42,286 bases of DNA from a virus (taxonomy: Duplodnaviria > Caudoviricetes). The DNA lies in IMG/VR virus record IMGVR_UViG_3300012942_000019, positions 1 to 42,286 of that record. One strand, 5' to 3'. The position numbers and the translations under genes were made by a program. A model generated the notes under the pieces. The model worked only from the letters and a program-made list of their open reading frames with translations, ran no database searches and had not been told where the DNA came from. Positions 16,478-24,357 of the stretch are shown here, in pieces. Within the stretch, counting starts at the first letter, position 1; every line of letters begins with the position of its first letter.

Positions 16478-16983
16478 GGCTCAAGCGTGATACCGCTCTC
16501 GGCACCGAATACGGTGAGGGTTTCTTCTATGACCCGACCGCCGACAGCAATGCCGATGTCGACCTGATCAAGTTCGTGAGCTGGCATTCTAACGACAGCT
16601 CTTCGACGAACCTCACGCATATCTCGAAGAACGGCATCCGCCTGAACATAGGCGGTTCGGTCAGGGTGACGTTTGCTGCTCCTGCATGGGTCGTCTATTC
16701 GACAACTAGGGACACTTGGTACACCTATCTCACGCATGTCGGCATCACACCGCCTGGTTGGAAGTGGACCTCCGACGAGGACTCTTCCGAGGAGGCCGCA
16801 GATGTGTCAGATAGCTCGAAGGTCATCACCGACCTCATGCACATCACAGAAGCCCCGGACGAAGGTACTGCGCTTGACCTTGTCCTGAAGATGCCAGTGG
16901 ACCAGGTGCGAAGCGTTCTCGGCACCGTCGACTGGCTTGGACGTGTTGCACGGCGCATCCGTATCGAGCTTGAGACACTGTGA
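16474..16983 (+). CDS. Hypothetical protein
   Basis: SD GGGAG and ATGA overlap. Confidence 0.7.
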   Translation: MRLKRDTALGTEYGEGFFYDPTADSNADVDLIKFVSWHSNDSSSTNLTHISKNGIRLNIGGSVRVTFAAPAWVVYSTTRDTWYTYLTHVGITPPGWKWTSDEDSSEEAADVSDSSKVITDLMHITEAPDEGTALDLVLKMPVDQVRSVLGTVDWLGRVARRIRIELETL

Positions 16984-17141
16984 TGAACGCGAACGAGCGC
17001 AAAGCGTGGAAAGAGGGCTGGGACGCCGGGCGCAACAGCTTTCAGGACGCAAGCAACCAGCACTACAGTTCCATTCTGACCGGGCTTTCCTTCGGGGTTG
17101 GCGTGGTCATCGGGGTCGTCATCGGACTGACCTTTCACTGA
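16983..17141 (+). CDS. Small C-terminally anchored membrane protein (52 aa)
   Basis: Translated by hand: MNANERKAWKEGWDAGRNS...ILTGLSFGVGVVIGVVIGLTFH. TGATG overlap. Confidence 0.6.
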   Translation: MNANERKAWKEGWDAGRNSFQDASNQHYSSILTGLSFGVGVVIGVVIGLTFH

Positions 17142-17155
17142 GCAAGGAGAAGAAC

Positions 17156-17533
17156 ATGAGCACGAAGGACGAGCTGATCGCCGAGGCGAAGGACAAGAAC
17201 GTCGAGATCGACAGCCATGACACCAAGGCGGAGATCCAGCAGAAGCTCGACGAGGCGGACGCCTCCGGCAAGCCGGCTGCGCAGACGGACCTGGGTGACC
17301 TGGCTCCGAGCCCGGTGGCTGCACCGGACCACGTCGAGGTGGCGCCGAAGGCGGACGGCCCGGTGCACGTCACCAGCGAGCACTACTACGCCACCGAGCG
17401 CAGCCAGTACGGGCTGCCGGTGGTGGACATCGCGAAGACCGGATGGGTGGGGCCGGCCAACCTCACCATTCCCGCCGACCACCTCGACGAGATCATCGGC
17501 GTGCTGAAGGACTACCAGAAGGCCATCTCCTGA
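17156..17533 (+). CDS. Hypothetical protein with an N-terminal HeH/LEM-like domain
   Basis: SD AAGGAG; TKDELIAEAKDKNVEI....TKAEI pattern; strongly GC3-biased codons. Confidence 0.7.
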   Translation: MSTKDELIAEAKDKNVEIDSHDTKAEIQQKLDEADASGKPAAQTDLGDLAPSPVAAPDHVEVAPKADGPVHVTSEHYYATERSQYGLPVVDIAKTGWVGPANLTIPADHLDEIIGVLKDYQKAIS

Positions 17534-17535
17534 GC

Positions 17536-18066
17536 ATGACGATGAACCCCTACCGGCGGCTCCTGGAACTGTGCGGCATCACGCAGCGCGCGTTCGCGGA
17601 GTACGCCTCGCTCAGTCCCTCGACCGTGACCGGCCTCATCTCCGGCCAGTACCCCGAACTCAGCGACCATATGGTGCTGTCCCTCGGAAGACTGTGCCAC
17701 GAGAAGCAGGTCGACGCGGCCGAGGTGCTGAGCACCGAGTACGGCATCCCGAAGCTGCGGCCGGCGTACAAGGCATGGTGCAAGGCCGACCGCCTCGCCC
17801 ACGCTGAGAGCTATGCCATCAAGCTGCCGACCGGGCGTACCGGTTACGGGCTGTCCCCGTTGCACAACTACATCAAGGCGACGGCGGGCAGCCAGCAGGC
17901 GATGTGCAAGGAACTTCACATCGGCAAGGGGCCGCTGTTCAACTACCTCACCGGGCGACAGAAGACGATGCCGAACGAGATCCGTGAGGCACTGCTGCAG
18001 GTCGGCGGACCGGTTGAGGAGATCGAGAAGAAGCAAGCAGCTTGGCAGGTGAAGTACGCTGGCTGA
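17536..18066 (+). CDS. Tandem Cro/C1-type HTH DNA-binding protein
   Basis: Two HTH-like segments: GITQRAFAEYASLSPSTVTGLISG and GSQQAMCKELHIGKGPLFNYLTG. Confidence 0.7.
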   Translation: MTMNPYRRLLELCGITQRAFAEYASLSPSTVTGLISGQYPELSDHMVLSLGRLCHEKQVDAAEVLSTEYGIPKLRPAYKAWCKADRLAHAESYAIKLPTGRTGYGLSPLHNYIKATAGSQQAMCKELHIGKGPLFNYLTGRQKTMPNEIREALLQVGGPVEEIEKKQAAWQVKYAG

Positions 18067-18067
18067 C

Positions 18068-18790
18068 ATGCCTGCAGACTTCGAGATCGAGAGCCCCGGC
18101 TCGGTGAGCGTTCGCACGCCAGGCCGGGGCTTCTCCCGTTTCGCCACGCCAAAAGGCATCGATGACCTGACGTTCCGCAACGCTCTCGCGACGGTGCAGA
18201 TCCTCTACAACGAACTCGGCCGGTTCCCTGACATCGACGAGCTGGAAGAGCGCTGGCCGGACATCCCCGGTTCGACCTGGGGAAAGATCCTCGTCACCGA
18301 TGAGGCGATTGCCGCACTGGAGGCTCGTGGCATCGCATTCGAGCCGAAGCAAGCGCTGAGCTATGAGCAGCAGCAGGCGCTTCTGCTGCTCACGGACCCG
18401 ACCGACCGCAGGCCTACCGGCGCCAAGCTGAAGCAGGTCGGTGTTCCGTACTCCCGCTATCAGGGCTGGATGCGGCAGCCGCTGTTCGCCGACGCCATGC
18501 TGAAGATGAGCGAGAACAATCTTCGTGATGCAGTGCCGATGCTGCTGAACAAGGTTGTGACCGAAGCGGAGAACGGCAAGATCGAGGCGATCAAGCTGGG
18601 CTTGGCAATGAGCGGCCGATACGACCCGAACGCCCAGCAGGTGCAGGACGCCCGACAGGTGGTCTTCGCTGTGGTCGAGGCGGTGGCGCGGCACGTTGCC
18701 GATCCGGGTGTCCGTGCCGCTATCATGGCGGATGTCGAGGCGGCAGCCATCGGCTTCACTTTGAACAACCCGCGAGCACTGGAGGCCTGA
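18068..18790 (+). CDS. Putative terminase small subunit / HTH protein
   Basis: HTH-like KLKQVGVPYSRYQGWMRQPLF followed by a helical oligomerisation-type segment (AENGKIEAIKL...GRY). No other TerS candidate was seen. Confidence 0.5.
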   Translation: MPADFEIESPGSVSVRTPGRGFSRFATPKGIDDLTFRNALATVQILYNELGRFPDIDELEERWPDIPGSTWGKILVTDEAIAALEARGIAFEPKQALSYEQQQALLLLTDPTDRRPTGAKLKQVGVPYSRYQGWMRQPLFADAMLKMSENNLRDAVPMLLNKVVTEAENGKIEAIKLGLAMSGRYDPNAQQVQDARQVVFAVVEAVARHVADPGVRAAIMADVEAAAIGFTLNNPRALEA

Positions 18791-19845
18791 TGGGCGCGTC
18801 CACGCCACAGCTGCAGCTTTACAAGCCGGGCGGCGGTTCGACAGGCGCCTACACGCCCGACGAGACAGCCGACATCGACCAGATCAACGCCAACATGGAC
18901 AAGGTCGACGCCTTTGCGGTGAGCACCCTCGCAAGCATTTCCAGCATCAATACCAAGAACGGCTCTCAGGACACGCTCATCGCAGGTCTGCGAACCGATG
19001 TCGGCACGGTGTCTGGTGGCAGCCTTCAGTCTCAAGTCACCACGGCGCAGGCAGCAGCTGCATCTGCTCAGACCACAGCCGGCCAGGCGAACACGACAGC
19101 GGGGCAAGCGAACACCAAGGCGCAGCAGGCCCTCGACGCCACACAGGACTTCTCGGACATCACCGCCGACGTCCAGAAGTACTACTTCGGTGCCATCAAG
19201 CGTGACACGGATGGAGACGGCCCTGCTGGCCGTCCCTCCGTTACCGGACCTGACGAGACCAGCTATTACGAAGATTCGTTCGGCTTTGCTGAGAGCTATC
19301 AGCAGACTATTTCTGGAAATGCAGAGTGGGTCCCCGTTACGGGCTCGATGCCGACCGCGGTAATGGTCCGTACCTCGGACAGCCTCAGTGTTGGAAACAG
19401 CCTTGCCCTTATTGGTGGAAGTTCTCATTGGAGTCCTGGAGTAGCAATCGGCAACGCCCCTGAGGGCGGCTCGACGTCATTTGGCGACGGAGAGACAGGA
19501 ATCAGCGGCGCCGTCGACTCCAACGGCCAGTGGTACCTGGAAGCAGACGTTTCTGGTATCTGGCTTCTCAGCTGGACGCTGACACCGGCTGCAGGCTCGG
19601 GCGGTTATGCCGGCCTGACGACGGCTGCGACCGCTGATGGAATTGACCCGACGAACTTGCTTGCCGGTGCTTCGTGGGCTGCCGCAGCGATTGCGCTTCC
19701 TGTCTCTGGCTGTGCCATCGTTCCGCTCTCGAAGGGGACGCGCATCCGTTTTGCTGCCCGAACCGTCTCCGGCACTGCTGCTGTTCCGGGGTTTTCCTCG
19801 ACGAATTACAGCCAGAGCTGGGGCATGAACTTCCTCGCGGGTTAG
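18790..19845 (+). CDS. Tail fibre / receptor-binding protein
   Basis: N-terminal anchor TP.LQLYKP...DE.ADID.IN.NMDKVD, heptad TTAGQAN repeats and a Gly/Ser-rich beta C-terminus. Confidence 0.7.
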   Translation: MGASTPQLQLYKPGGGSTGAYTPDETADIDQINANMDKVDAFAVSTLASISSINTKNGSQDTLIAGLRTDVGTVSGGSLQSQVTTAQAAAASAQTTAGQANTTAGQANTKAQQALDATQDFSDITADVQKYYFGAIKRDTDGDGPAGRPSVTGPDETSYYEDSFGFAESYQQTISGNAEWVPVTGSMPTAVMVRTSDSLSVGNSLALIGGSSHWSPGVAIGNAPEGGSTSFGDGETGISGAVDSNGQWYLEADVSGIWLLSWTLTPAAGSGGYAGLTTAATADGIDPTNLLAGASWAAAAIALPVSGCAIVPLSKGTRIRFAARTVSGTAAVPGFSSTNYSQSWGMNFLAG

Positions 19846-19854
19846 GCTGACGCT

Positions 19855-20571
19855 ATGACCACCACGAAGCCGCACGTCCTCATCGGCGTGACTCCTGTCG
19901 CACCAGGTACTGCCTATTGGCTGCTTCAAGCCGCCGCTGAGTTCAAGGAGAAGACCGGTTACGACATCGAGATGTCGACTGCGGTCACCTTCCAGGGTAA
20001 GAGCTATCCGCTCGGCGGTCTTCGTACCAAGGCGGACCAGACGCTGCTCTACAACGCATACCTCGCAGGCACCTATCCATATCTGGTGGGATCTCCGACC
20101 GACCCGACAGTGAGCCGCCACCTCGATTCGGTGGGCGCAGCCGTGGATGTGCAGGACAACGGCCCCACCCCAGGCATCGATACCATCGGGTCTGACCGCC
20201 ACAACCTGTGGACGGGCATCGCGAAGAAGTATGGCTTCGCTTGGACGGGCAACACCTTCAGCCCGAAAGAGTCTTGGCATTACGAACTCATCGGCCACGA
20301 CCCGTGGACCGTTCCCGTAGAGGCTTCTCTGCCTACTACGCTCAGCACTGACGAGGAGGATTACATGAACGAGACCCTGGTGCTCATCTCGACGCCCACC
20401 AACCTCCAGACGGGGGCGACGCAGACCACCTACTACATCATAGACGTGCGCAACCACACCTACTACCGAGTGACTAACACCACGCAGCTCGCTTTCCTGA
20501 AGGCCATCGGCTACAAGGCTCGTGAGAACCAGGCACCTCAGATCCTCGACGGCTTCAAGGCGGTGGACTGA
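19855..20571 (+). CDS. Endolysin, M15/VanY-like Zn peptidase with a C-terminal binding domain
   Basis: RT...Q..LY, SRH......AVD, YGF.W and ESWHYE motifs; next to a membrane protein gene. Confidence 0.8.
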   Translation: MTTTKPHVLIGVTPVAPGTAYWLLQAAAEFKEKTGYDIEMSTAVTFQGKSYPLGGLRTKADQTLLYNAYLAGTYPYLVGSPTDPTVSRHLDSVGAAVDVQDNGPTPGIDTIGSDRHNLWTGIAKKYGFAWTGNTFSPKESWHYELIGHDPWTVPVEASLPTTLSTDEEDYMNETLVLISTPTNLQTGATQTTYYIIDVRNHTYYRVTNTTQLAFLKAIGYKARENQAPQILDGFKAVD

Positions 20572-20572
20572 C

Positions 20573-20917
20573 ATGAAGAAGTACCTCGCTGCCCTTGGCC
20601 ACATCGCCCTGGCCTCGCTCACTGCCCTCGTCGCAGTCCTGGACAAGCCGGTCACATGGTCGGTTGCCTTGCAGCTCGCCATCGTGGTCGTCGGGTCCAT
20701 CGCGACGTACCTCGTTCCCGTTGCAAGCGGGAAGTGGGCTGGCGCCTTCAAGACCGGTGTCGGCGTCCTCGCTGCCGTTCTCGCTGCTCTCGTGCCCTAC
20801 GTCACCACCGGTGGCATCTCGGCACAGAACCTTCTCGTCGTGGCCGGCGCCATCCTGGCAGCCCTGTCGAGCGAGATCGGCGTCAACGTCCGCAAGGATC
20901 TCGCCCTGGCGGCGTAA
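20573..20917 (+). CDS. Holin-like membrane protein (about 4 hydrophobic segments)
   Basis: ATG 20573 directly follows the endolysin; hydrophobic throughout. Confidence 0.7.
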   Translation: MKKYLAALGHIALASLTALVAVLDKPVTWSVALQLAIVVVGSIATYLVPVASGKWAGAFKTGVGVLAAVLAALVPYVTTGGISAQNLLVVAGAILAALSSEIGVNVRKDLALAA

Positions 20918-21835
20918 GTGGCTCGACAGCCTCAGCGCCACTATGGCGATATCGCAGGGGTAAGTTCCGGAAAGCCGGTAGACAGCGCCGGAACTGCCCC
21001 TGCGAGTGCGGCCGAGGTGTCTGCATTCCACCGTAAAAGCGACGTCGATTCCTCAAGCCTGTCCCAGCATCACACTCTGGGTTCGAGTGCGCTTCAGGCA
21101 AGCCCTGGCGACCACACTCATGACGGTGTCACTTCGGCGATGGTGAGCTTTCTCTCGGCAGATGGAAAAACGCCCTTGCTTAGCGCAGGCCTTTACTCTG
21201 GTGGACCGCCTCCAGCTCCCCCGAAACTCACTCTAAGCAACGATTTCCTTGTCAATAACGGAATGACAGGAAATGCATTTCCTGATGCAACCGGAGACCT
21301 GACCGACTTTGCCCATAAACTGCTTGCTCTCGACAGTGATGGGGATATACGGTTCCTTGTTGACCAGATTCGCGAATCGTACGTCGCTGGGATGGGTTCA
21401 GTTGACGGATCGAATTACCTTCGCTGGGATGCAACGAAGTTCGAGTTCGATGCGGCGTACTTCAGTCATGTTCAAGTCGGTACAGCGGCTGATCCGAATG
21501 GAGCAACGCGGCTTCTTGGAATGACAAACACCGGCGAGGTCGTCACTGAGGGGGGCACACTAAGCTCTGGCTACGTCCAGATGGCATCTGGTTCTTTCAC
21601 GCAGGCGGTTACTGCGAATACTGCGTACACCTTGGGCATCACCTATCCCAGTGGTCGATTCCGTTCAACGCCGCAGGTGAAGTTCTGGTATGACGGCAGC
21701 ACAAATCAGGCTAGTTCTATAGGTCGAAACTCCCTCGATGCCACGAGCGGCCAGACAACAACAGGCTTTACTGCCTTGTTCTATCCGAACTTCTCGGGGA
21801 TTTATCAAGGCAGATGGATAGCGGTAGGGAACTAG
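20918..21835 (+). CDS. Minor tail / second fibre protein
   Basis: N-terminal H..SDVDSS..SQHHTLG...QASPGDHTHDG. C-terminal I.YPSGRF...P.V...TTTGFT...WIAVG, resembling an H-type-lectin/gp53-like fibre tip. Confidence 0.65.
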   Translation: MARQPQRHYGDIAGVSSGKPVDSAGTAPASAAEVSAFHRKSDVDSSSLSQHHTLGSSALQASPGDHTHDGVTSAMVSFLSADGKTPLLSAGLYSGGPPPAPPKLTLSNDFLVNNGMTGNAFPDATGDLTDFAHKLLALDSDGDIRFLVDQIRESYVAGMGSVDGSNYLRWDATKFEFDAAYFSHVQVGTAADPNGATRLLGMTNTGEVVTEGGTLSSGYVQMASGSFTQAVTANTAYTLGITYPSGRFRSTPQVKFWYDGSTNQASSIGRNSLDATSGQTTTGFTALFYPNFSGIYQGRWIAVGN

Positions 21836-21840
21836 GGCAG

Positions 21841-22050
21841 ATGAGTGACACGACAGAGCTTCAATGGGTAACCGTCACCTGTCACACAGACGGTTGTCCT
21901 AACGACAACCTTCCGGTTATTCGCGGAGAGGCTATGGCGTACCTCTGTGCCGGCTGCAACACACAGACCACGGATGTCGTCTCCGGGGCACAGCAGCCGG
22001 AGGACTACACCAGTCCGGTGAACATCGAGGTGGCAGATGGCACGAACTGA
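21841..22050 (+). CDS. Small Cys-rich protein (C.T.GC.N...CxxC), fibre-associated
   Basis: Four Cys residues; directly follows the fibre gene. Confidence 0.65.
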   Translation: MSDTTELQWVTVTCHTDGCPNDNLPVIRGEAMAYLCAGCNTQTTDVVSGAQQPEDYTSPVNIEVADGTN

Positions 22051-23617
22051 GACGATCAGCCGTGAGAGCCTATTCGAAGCAGCCATCGGCGAGCTTCGCG
22101 CCTCGATCACCAAGCCGAACCTCACAGCGTTCAAGGCCTACCCGAAACAGCAGGAGATCCTCGACTGCCAGCTTCCAGGTCGCTATGTCACAGGCGGAAA
22201 CCGGGCAGGTAAGACCACTATCGAGGTGGTCGACGCGCTTTACACCGCGACTGACACTCACCCCTTCCGCCCGCGGCCGCAGTCCTGGGGGCACGGCGCC
22301 GTGAAGATCCGGTTCGTCGTCGTCGACATCATCAAGGGCGTCTACGAGATCATCCTCCCTGAACTGAAGCGGTGGTGTCCGAAGAGCGCACTCATCGACG
22401 GCGACTGGAGCAAGTCCTGGGACGACAAGATGCTCAAGCTGACTCTGAAGAATGGTTCGACGATCAGCTTCGTGACTCATGGAATGGACCTCGACAAGCA
22501 TGGTGGTGTGTCGCTTCATGCCGTCTACTTCGATGAGGAGCCCCCGCAGGACATCTTCAACGAGAACATGATGCGTCTGATCGAGTACGACGGTTTCTGG
22601 CTTGTCGCGGCCACGGCGGTCGGCGGCATCACCTGGACCTTCGATCACATCATCGAGAAGGTGCGTGAGCATCTCGATGGCATGGATGAGCACACCGCAG
22701 TCTTTGAGTTGAGTCAGTACGACAACCCGCACCTCGCCGGAGATCGCGACAGCCGGAACCGCTTCTTCATCGGCATGAGCAACGAGGATCGTGAGATCCG
22801 TGAAGAGGGCAAGGTCGTGGCTCGCTCGGGCCCTGTCTTCCCGCTGTTCACGACGAATCCGAACCTCTTCATCCTCGACGAGCACAGAATGCCGCCCCGT
22901 GGCTCGACCATCTACTCCAGCGTGGATTTCGGCTGGTCGAACGCAACGGCATGGCTGTGGCACGCTGTGCTGCCCGACGGGCGCCTCTACACGTTTGCCG
23001 AGCACTATGCGAGCAAGATGACGGTTCCCGAGCACGCTGCAGTAGTCCTTGCACGCGAAGCTCGATGGGGATTCTCTCCTATGGTCCGTGTCGGAGACCC
23101 TGCCGGCAAGCAGAACTACGGCACCACAGGAACTAGCTACATCACTGAGTATGCCGTTCGCGGTGTGTACATCAGCGTCGAGAACATCCCGCACGATGTC
23201 GGCATCGGGATCGAGAAGATGCAGCAGTACCTTCGGCCCCGAGAGGACTCTCCTTGGGGAAAGGGAATGCCTACCTGGCGTGTCAGTCCGAACTGCGCAA
23301 ACCTCATCCGTGAGATGAAGAAGCTCCGCTTCGCTCAGGCTGAGAGCCAGAAGGTCGCATATCGCTCGAATCCGAAGGAGGAAATCCACAAGAAGGATGA
23401 CCACTCCCCCGATTCGCTTCGGTATTTCATGACCCAAATGCCTGATCTGCCAGGGTTTACCATGGACGAGGCCAGGCAGGCTCACGAAAACCGGATTCCG
23501 AAGACTATTCCCTTCGACGAGATGCTTGCTAGGCTGGCAGATGACCCAGATGTCGAGTTCGTCTACGACGATGTCCAGACTGCCGATTGGGAACAAGGAG
23601 ACCTGTTCTATGAATGA
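22037..23617 (+). CDS. terL: Terminase large subunit
   Basis: YPKQ, Walker A GGNRAGKT, Walker B VYFDEE, DNPHL, nuclease SVDFG, GDPAG and DDHSPDSLRY. Confidence 0.93.
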   Translation: MARTETISRESLFEAAIGELRASITKPNLTAFKAYPKQQEILDCQLPGRYVTGGNRAGKTTIEVVDALYTATDTHPFRPRPQSWGHGAVKIRFVVVDIIKGVYEIILPELKRWCPKSALIDGDWSKSWDDKMLKLTLKNGSTISFVTHGMDLDKHGGVSLHAVYFDEEPPQDIFNENMMRLIEYDGFWLVAATAVGGITWTFDHIIEKVREHLDGMDEHTAVFELSQYDNPHLAGDRDSRNRFFIGMSNEDREIREEGKVVARSGPVFPLFTTNPNLFILDEHRMPPRGSTIYSSVDFGWSNATAWLWHAVLPDGRLYTFAEHYASKMTVPEHAAVVLAREARWGFSPMVRVGDPAGKQNYGTTGTSYITEYAVRGVYISVENIPHDVGIGIEKMQQYLRPREDSPWGKGMPTWRVSPNCANLIREMKKLRFAQAESQKVAYRSNPKEEIHKKDDHSPDSLRYFMTQMPDLPGFTMDEARQAHENRIPKTIPFDEMLARLADDPDVEFVYDDVQTADWEQGDLFYE

Positions 23618-24197
23618 TTCGCCGTACCGTCTTGTGGAGACGGCCGTAGCCCATCCCGGTGTGGACTTCATCACCTGGGGCGACAAGGGACCGTTCATCG
23701 ACACGGGGAAGACCTTCGACCGCCTCGATTCGCGGTACATGGGCGATCCGCTGAACCCGCAGCGCGGTGTTCGCATCTACCTCGCCCTGAGCACCGTTCG
23801 TGAGATGGCCGAGCAGGCTGGCCTGTTCGAGCAGACCGCAGCAGCAGAGCACGAAGCCGCGGTGAACCAGGCGTACAACAAGGGTTACGACGACGCAGTG
23901 AAGGAGAACATCGGTGGACACCTCGTGGAGCTTCTGGGTGCTCTTGGCCCTCTGCGCGATTGGCTGGTCTCTCTCGCTGGCACTGACGGCGATTCTCCTG
24001 TGGCTGAGCCTGAGCGTGTGGCCCCGCCGTCTCTCGATGACATCCGACAGGCTTTCCGCGCGGAACTCGAAGACGCTCTCGGAGTCACTGAAGACGAACT
24101 CGGCGCTTCTGGACAAGGCGATGTCGCTCCTGTCGACCAGGGACCCCATGGTGTTCCAGGCATTGCAGGCGATGTCGAACCCACCTATCTCATCTGA
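23610..24197 (+). CDS. Hypothetical protein
   Basis: ATG 23610 follows AAGGAG; protein-like N-terminal half. Confidence 0.7.
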   Translation: MNDSPYRLVETAVAHPGVDFITWGDKGPFIDTGKTFDRLDSRYMGDPLNPQRGVRIYLALSTVREMAEQAGLFEQTAAAEHEAAVNQAYNKGYDDAVKENIGGHLVELLGALGPLRDWLVSLAGTDGDSPVAEPERVAPPSLDDIRQAFRAELEDALGVTEDELGASGQGDVAPVDQGPHGVPGIAGDVEPTYLI

Positions 24198-24357
24198 CTT
24201 CGAGTACGATCCAGGTGATGAAGCAGAGATCGAGCGGCTCCGCGCTCTCGGTCGCGAACAGGCGGAGGATGATCTGAGTGGCGACGAACTCTATGCCCTC
24301 GCAGAAGTCTTCGCCGTCGGCGCCGATGAACTCCAGCGCCTCCAGCCAGACGGATAA
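23914..24357 (+). CDS. Membrane-anchored protein overlapping the previous gene by 284 nt
   Basis: GTG with SD AAGGAG 7 nt upstream; long N-terminal hydrophobic segment, then coiled coil and an acidic tail. Confidence 0.6.
   Translation: MDTSWSFWVLLALCAIGWSLSLALTAILLWLSLSVWPRRLSMTSDRLSARNSKTLSESLKTNSALLDKAMSLLSTRDPMVFQALQAMSNPPISSDFEYDPGDEAEIERLRALGREQAEDDLSGDELYALAEVFAVGADELQRLQPDG

Noticed and set aside
19040-19135. TTAGQAN tandem repeats
   Set aside because: Ordinary coiled-coil heptads of a fibre shaft, explained by the CDS.
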